Of a stretch of DNA of 64,000 bases, positions 37,981-51,119 are shown piece by piece. Source of the stretch: Malacoraja senta (lineage: Eukaryota); NCBI GenBank assembly GCA_038087875.1, contig CM075988.1:9302001-9366000 (forward strand), read 5' to 3'. A program made the translations under genes and the position numbers. Position 1 is the first letter of the stretch; each line of letters begins with the position of its first letter. The notes below the pieces were generated by a model. It ran no database searches. It was not told the origin of the DNA and saw nothing but the letters and a program-made list of their open reading frames with translations.

Positions 37981-39352
37981 TTCGGTGAATGCTCAATGCA
38001 ATAATCGGACTCACTATTTATTGTTTTTGCAGAAGCATTGGGTAATAAAATATTAATAGATTTACATTGACATTAAATGGCCAAGAGAAAGTCTCATTTC
38101 AATATTTTGAAAAAAATAAAAGATTTAAAAGGGTGTCACGGTGGTGCAGCGGTAGAGTTGCTGCCTTATAACGCCGGAGATCTGCCTTCGATCCTGACAA
38201 CGGGTGCTGTCTGTATGTAGTTTGTACATTCTCCCCAAGACCGCGTGTGTTTTCTCCGGGTACTCCAGTTGGCTCCCACACTCCAAAGACGTATAGGTTT
38301 GAAAGGCTAATTTGGCTTTGATTTTAAAATAAATAGTAAATTGTCCCGAGTGTGTAGGATAGTGTGTACAGGGATCGCTGGTCGGCGCGGATTTGGTGGG
38401 CTGAAAGATCTGCTGCATTTATCTTTGTATTTATAAAGTAGACCAAACAAAAAAATGAATCTTTTCAGTGCCACACCTGAATATACTCGGGTCATGGCCA
38501 AATGTGTAAAAAAAAACTTGGCAGTGACCAGGTTAATTACAAACAATGATGACAACTTTCTAATGTTCAGACAGAATCCTATATTGAAAGAAAAACTTGT
38601 TTTCCATAAAATGCTTTCGGTGACCCTATTTCAGAACCAATTTATGTACTTCTGCTTTCAGTTGCAATTATATACAGCAAGGTCTCAGAAACAAGGGTGA
38701 GGTAATGAACTGCAGTACTCAAGGGATAAATATTGTACAAAATACTGTGGAGACCATAGCCTCTTTGTAAATGGGGTTTCGTGGGGCCCAGCCAAAATTT
38801 CAGTTTACTTTATCACAAACATAGCACATCAGTCAGTGCAATGCACCTTCATTTCAGCGCTGCAGTAATCAGTACAGGCCTTGTGGCCACTTTCCAGCAA
38901 CATGACTAAGAGGCACAGTGATAATAGCAGAAACTGTCCAAAGAAGAGTCTCGACACGAAACGTCACCCATTTCTTCTATCCAGAGATGCTGCCTGTTGC
39001 TCCAGTGTTTTGTGTCTATCTTTGTTTTATTTTTATTTGTTTTAATATTTTTATTAGAAGCAAACATATTATAAAGTATAGTAACATATTATAGTAAAAA
39101 AAAAAAATTTTCATATACATCAATCATACATTATTAAAATTGTCAATTGTCGATTAATTCTGCTTCTAGTGTTTTTTTTATATAGATAGAAAAAGAGAGA
39201 TATAAAGAAAAAAGAATTACAAATATTTAAAAAAAAGAGGTGGAATGAGTTACTTATAATACGTCATTGGAGATAAGTTCGTAGGTTATGAAGTATAATT
39301 TTACATCTAATCCTGAGTTCAAGCTTCAGTTGGGTTTTCTTGCTGGGCCAAT

Positions 39353-42300
39353 CTATCCCTTCAGATAGTTAATGAATGGAGCCCATATTTTAACAAAAAG
39401 TTCATGTTTATCCATTAAGACAAGTCTAATTCTTTCTAGATGTAGGGTCTCCGACATTTCCACAATCCACATTTTAATTGTGGGGGTTATAGGGCCTTTC
39501 CAAAATTTTAATATTAATTTTTTCCCAGTTATTATACTGTAGTCGAAGAAGTTTCTTTGGCTTGTTGTGAGTGTTAAACTTTGTTCTGATATCCCAAGTC
39601 TCATTAAATTTGAGTGGATCCAATTTAGTATTAACAACTTCAGAAATTATTTCAAAAATATCAGTCCAGAAATTTTTAATTTTTGTACAATTTGCAAAAG
39701 TATGTGTTAAATTGGCCTCTAGATGCAAACATTTATCACAGATAGGAGAAATATGTGGGAAGATTCTATTTAGTTTTATTTTGGAGTCATGTAATCTGTG
39801 TAAGACTTTAAATTGTATTAAAGCATGTCTAGCATTTAACGAACATTGATGTATATGTTGTAAACGCTCGTCCCAAATATCTTTCGTTATAGGATGACCT
39901 AACTCATTTTCCCACGTGTGTCTATATAGTTCCATCGGTGGTACCTCGTTGTTTAAGAGGGTGTTATAAATATAAGCTATTAATTTTTCAGTGTTAGGAT
40001 GCTTATTCAAACATTCATCAAGAATTTCTGGTTCCCTAGTCCTATAAACATGTGTATTAGATTTAACATAATCTCTAATTTGTAGATATCTGAAGAAATT
40101 ATTTGAGTGCAGTCCATGATTCTGTTGTAACTCTTGAAATGAAAGAAAAATGCCTTTCCTATAAAGATGTCCAATCTTTTTAATTCCATAATTTTTCCAT
40201 CGTGTGAAACCTTTATCCAATATGGATGGCTTGAATAAAGGATTATTTACAACGGGAAGACATAGTGGTATATTATTCAGTTTTAAAGCTTTTTTTAATT
40301 GTTTCCAAATTCGTATTCCACTATGTATTATAGGGTTTTCCTTATAGTTTTTTTAATGCAATTTTGTGGGAGCAAATATAATCGAACCAATTTCAAAAGG
40401 TAAACAGTCTTCCTTTTCCATCCTTAACCAATTTGGATATTGATCCATTTCTTCCAGCCAGAAATTCATGTTTTTAATATGGACTGCCCAAAAATAAAAT
40501 AAGAAATTTGGCAAGGCCAAACCTCCGTCGCTCTTTGACTTACATAAATGTTTTTTACTTATTCTATGATTCTTATAATCCCAAATAAAGCTTGTAACAA
40601 TGGAATCGACTTTTTTGAAAAAGTTTTTTGGGATATATATCGGAATTAATTGAAATAGGTACAGTAGTTGCGGTAAGAAGATCATTTTTATAGCATTAAT
40701 TCTACCAAGCATTGAAATGGGAAGTGTTTTCCAGTACTGAATATTCTTGTGTAATTTTTTAAGTAAGGGTGGAAAAGTTAAAATAAAGAGGTATATGTCT
40801 TAGTTACGTAGATTCCTAAATATTTAAGTTTATCTTTAACTATTTTAAAAGGGGATTGTTGCAATGTGTTTGAATTGAATTTTGTTATTGGCATGATTTC
40901 ACTTTTATTCCAGTTAATTCTATATCCTGAGAACTGATCAAATTGAGTTATTAGATTTAATAGATTTGGAATACTAGTTTCTAACTTTGTAATATATATT
41001 AGTACATCATCTGCATATAAAGAAATTTTATTCCTTGTATCTCTAGTGTTGTACCCATGTATTCCTGGGCTCTAACGCTTTCTGCTAATGGTTCAATTGC
41101 AAGAGCAAATAATAGTGGGGATAGTGAACATTCTTGTCTACAACCTCTACAAAGATTAAATTTAGCTGATAACATTTGGTTTGTTAATATTCTAGCTGTT
41201 GGGTTAGAATATAACAATTTAACCCATGTACAGTACTTCTCTCCCAGTTGAAATTTTTGCATTACCGAAAATAAATATGACCATTCTACCTGGTCAAATG
41301 CTTTTTCAGCAACTAACGAAATAATTGCTAGATCTGCATTAGGAATTCTATTTGTATATATAATATTGAATAGTCTTCTCAAATTATAAAATGAGTAACG
41401 TTTTGGAATAAAACCTGTTTGGTCGGGGTGTATTAATTTGTTAATCACTAAGCTCAATCTATGAGAAAGGATTTTGGTTAATATTTTCTGATCAGTATTT
41501 AAGAGAGCTATTGCTCTATATGAACCTGGGTCTTCAGGATCCTTATCCGTTTTTGGTATACGTATGAATGTAGATTCATTTAGAGTTTCTGGGAGTTTCT
41601 GTTGAGTGTAAGCGTATTTGTATAGTGTCTGTAGGCGTGGAGAAATCAGATCGTAAATTTTTAAATAAAATTCAGAGCATAGACCATCAGGACCTGCGGC
41701 TTTTCCGTTTTTTAAAGATCTAATTGACTCTTCGATGTCTTTTACCGTAATTTCAGCATCTAGTGATTCTCTCTCTTTCTGATCTAAACCCATAAGATTA
41801 CATTTCTGTAGAAATGTTTCCATTCCTGTTGATTGTTCTGTCGTTTTAGATGAGTACAGTTTTTGATAGTTTTGTAAAAATCTATCATTAATATCTTTAG
41901 ACAGTGTTAATGTTTCTCCCTTGTCTGATCTAATTTTGTAAATTGTTTTATCCCCGTCCAGTTTACGAAGTTGACGTGCTAATAGTTTTTGTAGTTTATC
42001 ACCAAATTCAAAGTTTAATTGTTTTGTATGTTGATATAGTTTTAAAACTTGGTCTGTGTATATCTTGTTTAACTTATATTTCAGTACTGCAATTTTATTG
42101 TGTTTTACCATAGATGGTGCTATTGCATTTTCTATGTCTAATTGCCTTATTTCCATTTCCAATGTCTGTTGTTTGGCCCTATTCTCTTTGTTAAGAAATG
42201 ATTGGGAAGAGATTAATGCTCCTCGCACAAATACTTTAAATGTTTCCCAAAGAAGGGAGGCAGAGATTCCAGGGCTATCATTAGCCTAAAAAAACATATT

Positions 42301-43131
42301 AATCTGTTTTATGAGATATTCATTACATAGCTTTTCTTTTAAGATTTGGGGGTTAAGTCTCCATTGTGACTGTGTCTCGGTCATTCCGTTTAGTATAATC
42401 GTAAATGTTAGTGGAGCATGGTCCGATATTATAATATTATGATATTGCGAATGATAGGTAAATGGGATAAGTTTAGAGACTACTAAGAAATAGTCTATCC
42501 TTGAGTAAGCTTTATGCATTGGTGAGTAAAATGAATATTCTCGACCAGATGGGTTTTCAATTCTCCAAACATCCTTAATGTTGGTAGTATTAATATATGA
42601 GTTTAGAAATTCACTTGACTGAGATTTTAATTTCCTTTGAGTTGATGATCTATCCAAGTAAGCATCCAGTGTACAATTTAAGTCTCCACCGATAATTAAG
42701 TTATGATGTGTGCATTCCGGAATAATGTTAAGTATTCTCTTAAAAAACAGGGGGCTATCAAAATTTGGTCCATATGCATTAAGGAGAGTCACTTTTTTTG
42801 AGTATAACTCCCCTACTAATACAATATATCTGCCTTCGATATCTTCTATCGTTGATATATGTTTAAAGGGTATACCTTTACAAATTAATATTGCAACCCC
42901 TCTAGATTTATGTGAAAATGAAGAATGATACGCTTTAGCAATCCATTTTGCTTTCAATCTATGTTGTGCTTCCTTTCTAAGATGTGTTTCCTGGAGAAAT
43001 ATTATATCTGCTGTAAGTGATTTTAAATGAGCTAATACTTTACCTCTCTTGATTGGTTCATTAATTCCCTTAACATTCCAGCTACAGAATTTAATTCCTT
43101 CACCCCCAATTTTCCCATTAACGTCTTGCAT
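39353..43131 (-). pseudogene. L1 ORF2 (APE endonuclease, RT, C-terminal Cys motif), several frameshifts and stops
   Basis: SWNVKG, FLQETH, GGDLN, SRIDY, SDHAP, KAAGPDG, EKAFD, LSPLLFAL, CDKC..H....C. Confidence 0.93.
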
Positions 43132-43945
43132 CTTGTGATTAAAGTGGTCTATGTTAGAGCAGATGGCTCAGCACATTAACCCCTACCTGATACCCGAACA
43201 TCAAGTAGATGAATTTTAGGTCTTGTCGGTTTTCCATCCGGACATATCTCCCTAAATAAAATATATAATTCCATTCCAAATACAAAATATAATATAACAT
43301 AAGATAGAAAAGGTTAAAAAAAAGTTGCATTAGTAACGTGTAAAGAGTAGAAAAAGAAGAAAACTACAACTATGGTTAGTGATAGCCACCCTAGTGTGGC
43401 TAAGCATCTAAGGACTTCCGTGGCTTTTGGTAAAAAAAATATTACTAGCTCCGTACTTTCCTTAAAAGAAAAGTTTCAATTACAATGAAAACAATTTATG
43501 GGCGGGAGGGAAACATTAGTTATATTCCATTATTGAAATAATTATTAGTCTCCAATTGAAATGTTAGTCTCTTATAGCAAAACAAAATTTATTTTAAAAA
43601 AAACATTGTCAAAGAGTAATCAAAGTCTAAAGTATCAAAGAAAAAACTTCCTAAATTTTTATTAATAAATTACGTGAATCACACTTTATTTATATTTCAT
43701 ACTTTTAGTTAATTCTGAGTTGATCCAGTTAACAATAATTAGTATTAATTAGTATTCATGATTAGTAATAGTTGTTAGAAATTAGTACTAAAATGTAAAT
43801 ATTATTTATCAGTAGCAAGATAATTGCCCAATTCTTATTGTAGATTTTGGACAGTTCTTAAGTATAATAGTTTAAAGTTCCATTTCTTCTCTGCAGGGTA
43901 ACAATATCCGATATCTTCAGGTGAATGTTGGGTGTAGGGTATTAT

Positions 43946-45335
43946 TCAATCTTCGGTCTTATTCACGATGCTCTGGGCGAATTCAAGTGCCTCTGTGTGC
44001 TTGATGAAGAAATGTTCCTTCTGCTCATAGGTTACTCTTAATGTTGCGGGATATAACAGTCCATATCTCAATTTTTTTATATTCTTAAGTATTTTTCTTG
44101 TTTCTGTAAACAGCGCTCTCTTCTTGGCGACTTCCACAGGATAATCTCTAAATATACTGATCTTGTCTCCTTCAAATACGAGGTTTCTGCTTTGAAAAAT
44201 TTTCTTCATCATATCATCCAAAACATGGTCATATTGCACCTTCACTATCAGTTGTCTTGGGGGGGCGCCCTACCTTGGGCGACGTCTCGAAACTCTGTGC
44301 GCTCGGGCAAGTAGTGGTGCTTGATCCAATTTCAAGATTTTTTTCAGTAGATCTGCAGCAAATTCACGGGGGTCACGATTCCCCTCTCTGCCTTCCTGGA
44401 CGCCCACGATTCTTAAATTCTGGCATCTCTGTCGTCCCTCCAAGTCAGTACATTTTTCGGTTATTTGATGTAATAACTTTGATAGGCGTTTGTTCTCAGC
44501 AATAAGATTTTTTTGTAGTTTCGGTGCTCGTCTCAGCAATTTCCTCTAATTCCTTTACTGCCTCGTGGTGTTGATTTAATGTCTGGAGGATAGGCTGCAA
44601 CTTAGAATCAAAACTAGATTCCATCGAATTCAGTTTATCATTTACTTCTTCAATACTTTGTTTCAAATGTTCTTCCATGTCTAACTTCCAATCCTCCAGA
44701 ACTTCATGTATAGAAGCTGTAAACTCTTCTTTAATTTGTTCTTTAATTTCATCTTTAAAAGATTTCAGCTCTTCCCTGAAGTTCTGTTTAAGATTTTTTA
44801 ATTCTTTCTCCATTTATTAACTATTTGAAGGGATAGATGGGCCCAGCACGAAAACCCAACTGAAGCTTGAACTCAGGATTAGATGTAAAATTATCATAAC
44901 CTATGAACTTATCTCCAATGACGTATAATAAATAACTCATTCCACCTCTTTTTTTTTCTCTCGATATTTATAATGCTTTTTTCTTTCTACCTCTCTTTTT
45001 CTATCTATATTAAAAAAAAACATCAGAAGCAGAATTAATTGACAATTGACAATTTTAATAATGTATCATTGATGTATATGACAAGTTATATTATTCTATT
45101 ATAATATGTTACTATACTTTATAATATGTTTGCTTCTAATAAAAATATTAATCAAAAAAAAAAAAAGAATTTCCTGTGTAAGGAAGATTCTTAATTCTTC
45201 CACATCTGTCTTTTTCTTCTTTGAGATATCTTCTTGGGATGCTGTTAAAACTGAGGCCGAGGCTTCAGTTGGGCCTACCTCGTTAGCCTTGCCGGTTTTT
45301 CTCGACTTGAGAGGGGGAGTATGTTGAGTCGACAT
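43946..45335 (-). pseudogene. L1 ORF1, disrupted
   Basis: Coiled-coil region, DLEGRQRCQNLRIVGVQEG, RAHR, ISIFRDY, LLYPATLRV. Confidence 0.88.
44808..45166 (+). mobile_element. 5'-truncated copy of the same L1 family's 3' end, antisense inside ORF1
   Basis: Reverse complement of ~39040-39381; ends in poly(A). Confidence 0.92.
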
Positions 45336-46126
45336 GCTGCCGGTGTCGCGCGCCTGATGACGTCACGAACTTGATACAAACAGTCGGTGCCGTTTTCTGC
45401 AGGTAGGTCCCGTCTTTTTCCCCCATTTTCAGCTGTTTTTTCCTGGAGCTAGTCGGCGCGAGTCTCTCCTACTCCATAGCGCCACCGGAAGTCATCTATC
45501 TTTGTTTTAAACCAGCATCTGCAGTTCCTTTCGATAAGAAACTTACTGATAATATTTGAGGAAATGGAAATCCAAAATAAAAAAAAAGTTGTAATATAAG
45601 GTGGAGGAAGCACATATGATAGTGCCGCTTAACAGGCTTATAGTTAGGTACATGGAAGTGCAAGAAATAGAGGAATATGGATCATGTACAGGCAGATGAG
45701 ATCAGTTTAACTTGGCATCATGTTTGATGCAAACATCATGGGATGAAGGGCCCATTCGCATGCTGTACTGTACTATATTCTATGTACTCAGCAGGTCAGG
45801 CCGCATCTGTGGGAAGAGAAGCAGAGATAGCATTTCAGGTCTGACCCTTATTTTGGGGCAGTTTCTACTGTTTTCCGGCAAAGGGTTACCAATTTTTACA
45901 GCAAGACAGTGGAAGAAGCACAGAGGAAATTCTCAATTCTGTTGCAGAGATTACAAAACAAAAGGGGCAGCAAGAAGCTTGTTCAGCTGAGTTAACACTA
46001 TGTGAGGCATCCTGGAATATATTAAATTCATTAAAATCACACAGCAGAACATTCAAAAGCAATAGACGCTGAAAATAGATTGTGTCCCATCCATTTTTTG
46101 TGCGCTAAATTCAAACTCGCCTGGGT

Positions 46127-46603
46127 TGAAAGAGTTAGTTATTAATTGATTGTTGTCATATTTAAACTTTCCTGTTGTAAAAGGCCAATTGTAATGCATG
46201 ATGGGATTTGGACAACTCCTATCATGCCAGTTTTTTTTCCCTTTAAGTTGAATAGTTCGCAGCTCTCTTACAAGTTTTTTTATGTAAGTTGAAGAGGTTA
46301 ATCAGATAAGAAGGGGCCCAGAGGATGCCATTGGGGTAACTGGCTTTTGGCAAAGAGTGAAAAACAACTCCATATTTGGAGGTGGATGATGGTTTTTGTG
46401 GCATTACATCATGCAATTGGTTTTATATCGGTACGTATATAAGCTTCGATGTTCTGGTATTTCTTTGTGTGTGCTGCTGGAGATTCAGACGTGAGAACCT
46501 GTTGCCTCTGGGTCTCTCAGTTCACACCCGTCAGACGTTAAATTAAAGCTTTGTATGGTCTTAAGAATTTGTACTTTGTCTATCTTTTAAGTGAACTTTT
46601 TCA
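46127..46603 (+). repeat. ERV 5' LTR (477 bp)
   Basis: TGAAAGAGTT...AACTTTTTCA; TATATAA at 46436-46442; ATTAAA at ~46542. Confidence 0.96.
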
Positions 46604-46604
46604 T

Positions 46605-46623
46605 TGGCGTAGTCGCGCAGGTC
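46605..46623 (+). promoter_or_regulatory. Primer-binding site complementary to tRNA-Ser
   Basis: TGGCGTAGTCG(C)GCAGG versus the recalled tRNA-Ser 3'-end complement TGGCGTAGTCGGCAGG; one inserted base. Confidence 0.8.
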
Positions 46624-46995
46624 TCGCTGGGACACCATCAACAGCTGAATGACCTCGAGGTTGCACATGTTACCGGGTTTGGCAAGGGAGAAAACTGAGC
46701 TCTAATCGGTCCGTTGCAACCGACCCCTCGACATTCCCGGGAACATAGGTGATTCTTCATCAGACGTTGTGTTGGTTCCCTGCCGAGGTTCTTAGAGATA
46801 GACAAAGGTAAGACCAATTGTGAATTGTGTATGTATTTTTACGTATGAATTTTGTGTATGTATTTTTAAGACAGACTTGTGCTTGTATTTTTAAGAAGGG
46901 CTTGTGTATCTTGTTAAGAAGGACGTGAGTGGTTTCTCTTTCTCTCTCTCTGTCTATCTCTCTTTGTTTTTTTCTTTTCTCTCTACTAAGGGCTT

Positions 46996-47405
46996 ATCGG
47001 CCTCGTTGAGACATCCGTGTTTTGTCGGGTTGAGATACGGGAGGTGAGGTGTTCGGCCTCGTTGAGACATCCGTGTTTTGTCGGGTTGAGATACGGGAGG
47101 TGAGGTGTGCGTCTGGCTTATTGAAACATCCGGGGAGTTGTCGGATTGAGAAATAAGTGGCGTTGTATATTAAAGATTAAGAAGTCTGCCAGGTTGAGAA
47201 ACGGGGGGTCTCGGTTAGCGGGTCTGCTTCGTTGAGACACATGGGGCTTATTTTAGGTCTGCCAGGTTGAGAAACGGGGGTCTCGGTTAGTGAGTCGGCT
47301 TCGTTGAGACACTTGGGTCGTATATCAAAGAGGTAAAAAAAAAAAAAGTCAGCCAAATTGAGAAACTGGGGTCTCGAGTCGCGAGTCGGCCTGGTTGATA
47401 TATTT
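46996..47405 (+). repeat. Tandem ~55-bp repeats in the ERV leader
   Basis: TCGGCCTCGTTGAGACATCCGTGTTTTGTCGGGTTGAGATACGGGAGGTGAGGTG twice exactly, then degenerate units. Confidence 0.85.
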
Positions 47406-49039
47406 GGAGCGATTCGGAATTAAGAAGTCTGCTTTCTCTTTCTCTTTCTCTTTCTCTCTATCTATCTATGGGGAATGCTCTGGATAACAGTGATGGGGGA
47501 ACCCCCGTTCAACAAATGTGTTATTTGAATTTTAAGTATAATAAGAAATTTAGAATATTAAGTTACAAGCTGACCACATGGTCAGGAAATGAGAAAAGGT
47601 GATGGGATCCCTTTTTCTGACAAAGCAAAATAGGGGAAATTGGCGGGGAAATTCGGACAGAATTAAACATTTCCTGACTAAAGCAGACGAAGAAAAGGAA
47701 GGGAGTAAGGACTGAGGCAGGAGAAGAGAAACAGTATTAAATTCAACATTGAGAGTTAAAACAAACCTGCCTTCAAGATTTGAATAGCCTTTGGCACAGC
47801 GCAACAGAATGGCAGGCAACCTTGCATTGCTAAGCCTCGGATGAGAATGTGGGTCTTTGTCTGTGGAATTTGATATCTTATTGGGTGTGGTCAGACTTTG
47901 AAAAAATAGGAGTCTGATTGGTCGCCACTTCAGTGGGTGTGGCCAGACTTTGAGTGATGGGAAATCTGACTAATCACGATCTGGATCATGTCCAATCACA
48001 GAGTCCAGGATCCTGACTGACAGGGAATTGGACCATCCTACCCTGCTGCCTATCATTGTGAAGATTTATGGTGGAAGGAAAATGCTGTAACGGGTTTTAT
48101 TTCCAACTTAATTTTCTTGTTTCAACAAGAAGGCTTTCACAATTAAAAGACTTTATAACCACAATTGTGACCTCAGTCCTCCCAGAGCTAATAAAAAAAC
48201 AGCAGCTTGTAAAATCTTTCTTGTAAATTTTTTGAAACCAAGTTTTTGGTGGGAAAAAAAAAAAATAGGGTTTTGTCAGAAAAAGGGAAAGTAGATTACA
48301 AAGAGACGTCTTTGAAGTAAATATAGTATGAACTGCTTTTGTAAATGGCTTTTGTACATTCTTTTGTGTATGTGTATGGGTTCCTTTAAGAGACTGAAAT
48401 GCATGGGGTCCCTTGGTGTAAATAGGTTTTTTTTAAATTCTTGTTGCTATGATAAAAAAAAACTAATCAGGTTTGAAGTCTTTGATACCTGTGTTACACT
48501 TTGAAGCTATGTGGAGTGTGTTTTTGGATCATGACTTAAGAGAAAAATGTGCAAATGTGTTATTTGTTATAAATGTTTAAAGAGCTTTGTGTTTCAAACA
48601 ATAGTTGTGTGTGTCCCTTTAACACATGGCAATGTCTGGGGGCTTTAACATTGATCACCTCGAAGCAGCAGTTTGACTGTTTTTACAGTGTTTTTTTCTC
48701 TACTGATAAGGATTCCACTGAGAATTCCGATGCGGTTCAGTGCTTTCAATTAAAGGGGCACACTCAGATTCTTCAGATTTGGAGTATTTAAATCAAATAC
48801 TTTTTTTACATTGTTAACTTCTGTGGTTCTAAATACTGAGTTTTGTGTAGGTCTATTGTGGACTTTATTTTGATGTGCAAAATTTTGTGTTGTGACAATT
48901 GAATTGTTTTGTGTGACATTTTTGGCCAAAATGAAACACAAGGCATGTTTGAGCTAATTGATATTACATTGCTTGCTGAGATACTTCACAAGATCATGTT
49001 GCTTGTATTTCTCTTGGGACAGGCTTTCTCCAGTGGAAC

Positions 49040-49225
49040 AGATAAGAAGGGAGAGAGGGAAATAGGACTTTTGCGTTCCATCACAGTAAGGAGGTGTTTG
49101 GAGATTCACTGTGCTGGATGTTGTGTGGAACTGTGTGTTTTGTTTTTGCTGTTATGACTACAGGGAACGAAAATCTGTTCAAACTTTTGTTTGTTTGAAT
49201 TGTTTGAATGACAATAAAAGGAATT
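49040..49225 (+). mobile_element. 3' end of the GC-rich retroposon family (copy D) inside the ERV
   Basis: Hairpin at 49077-49118 and GAATGACAATAAA. Confidence 0.75.
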
Positions 49226-49558
49226 CAGCAGAGATTTTATATGACCATCCACTGGGGGCAACATGGAACCAGAATGCTCCAAAGGCTGTTCACTTTCATC
49301 ACATGACAATGGAAATGACTAATTATATTTTATCGTTAACCAGGGCATTGAAGGATGTACAATAGAACCACTATGTCTAAAATTGAACCTGGTACTTGTG
49401 TAATAATCAGGAATTGGATGAGGAAGATTCGGGACATTTGGTGGGAAGGGCATTACCAGGTCCTTCTAACAACCCCTACCGCAGAAAAGGTGGAGGGGAG
49501 ACATGCGTGGGTTCACTTTCACCACTGTAAGATTGTCAGTATGGTGCCAAAAAGATAA
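49226..49558 (+). pseudogene. ERV integrase C-terminal remnant
   Basis: IEPGTCVIIRNW..WEGHYQVLLTTPTAEKVEGRHAWVHFHHCK (GPY/F-type). Confidence 0.85.
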
Positions 49559-50118
49559 AATGTTAACTTCTTTCTTTTAAGAAATCCCTTTCTAGGATAG
49601 ATTGCGATGGACATGTCGCTATTTCTCGCCTATCTTGGGACATTGATAGCCATCAGATCTGCGAGAAACTGAGAATGCCGATGTAATGCAATGTGATGGT
49701 GGCATTGGCAGATTTGCAGGTGACGCAGGGCTGGGTGACTGCGAGTTGTGGGAAGGATGCTATGGACTGAGGGTGACCACAGGCTACGTACCCACTGGTG
49801 GTGCGACTCACGTGTGGAAGTTTCACCTACAGGCCCTCAGTGATTAACTAATTATTATACACAGCAATTAACCGATGCCTTGCCAGGTCTGCATTCTAAG
49901 GTACAAGAAGTGCAGATACCACTACCAGTTGAACACAGGGACGAGTTCATACTGTCAGACTACATACTGATAAGGCATTGGGACGGAAGGAATTAAAACT
50001 GTGTTGAACAGAACTGTACCAAGTGGTATCAACAACATCAACCGCCAAGAAGATTGAAGATCACCGCGTTGGATTCATCTGATTGACTTTAAACAGTTCG
50101 GAGAACCAAAAAAGGACA

Positions 50119-50614
50119 ATGGGGCTATTGACCCTCTTTTATATTCTGGGGTTGGCCCATATGGACTGGACTTGGTGAAATAATCTGTTTTTGTTTATGA
50201 GTTTTGAATTTGCCCTTCGTAATAATAAATGTATGCTGGTTGTGTACGCTCATCCCATATAATGGTGGAGAAGGAATACCCCTCATAACAATACCACTTA
50301 ACCTTACTGAGATTCTGGCAGAGAAAGGGGGTACATGTGCTATTATGGGGCATGAATGCTGTACTTACATCCCTGATGAATCTTCTAACATTACAGATTT
50401 AGCAGCACATATTACTGCAGAAATAAAGAAGATTACAGAGGTAGGGGAGGAAATGCATAACTTTAATAAAGGTGTAGAATGGTGGCCATTTAGTATGTTT
50501 GGAGGAATATGGGGAATGGTAATACATTATGGATCTATTGTACTGCTGATCATTATCTTAATCTATGTACTGAAATGTCTGAAGCCTTTACTATGTACTA
50601 ACCAAGGGCTGTAG
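50119..50614 (+). pseudogene. env: Internally deleted gamma-type env remnant
   Basis: Signal-like MGLLTLFYILGL; SU CWLC; TM LAEKGGTC(X6)CC-TYIPD; transmembrane helix. Confidence 0.9.
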
Positions 50615-50643
50615 TGTTATCATTACATGATAAAAGGGAGGAA

Positions 50644-51119
50644 TGAAAGAGTTAGTTATTAATTGATTGTTGTCATATTTAAACTTTCCTGTTGTAAAAG
50701 GCCAATTGTAATGCATGATGGGATTTGGACAACTCCTATCATGCCAGGTTTTTTTCCCTTTAAGTTGAATAGTTCGCAGCTCTCTTACAAGTTTTTTATG
50801 TAAGTTGAAGAGGTTAATCAGATAAGAAGGGGCCCAGAGGATGCCATTGGGGTAACTGGCTTTTGGCAAAGAGTGAAAATCAACTCCATATTTGGAGGTG
50901 GATGATGGTTTTTGTGGCATTACATCATGCAATTGGTTTTATATCGGTACGTATATCAGCTTCGATGTTCTGGTATTTCTTTGTGTGTGCTGCTGGAGAT
51001 TCAGACGTGAGAACCTGTTGCCTCTGGGTCTCTCAGTTCACACCCGTCAGACGTTAAATTAAAGCTTTGTATGGTCTTAAGAATTTGTACTTTGTCTATC
51101 TTTTAAGTGAACTTTTTCA
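50644..51119 (+). repeat. ERV 3' LTR (476 bp)
   Basis: About 4 differences from the 5' LTR by eye. Confidence 0.96.

Larger units (their letters stand above)
39030..45494 (-). mobile_element. Full-length decayed L1-clade LINE
   Basis: 15-bp TSD TCTATCTTTGTTTTA at 39015-39029 and 45495-45509; 5' GACTTCCGGTGGCG; ORF1 and ORF2 remnants; A-rich tail. Confidence 0.95.
46127..51119 (+). mobile_element. Non-autonomous endogenous retrovirus (gamma/epsilon-like, class I), ~5 kb
   Basis: TG..CA LTRs, 4-bp TSD GGGT (46123-46126 / 51120-51123), PBS, PPT AAAAGGGAGGAA, gag/IN/env remnants, no RT seen. Confidence 0.95.
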
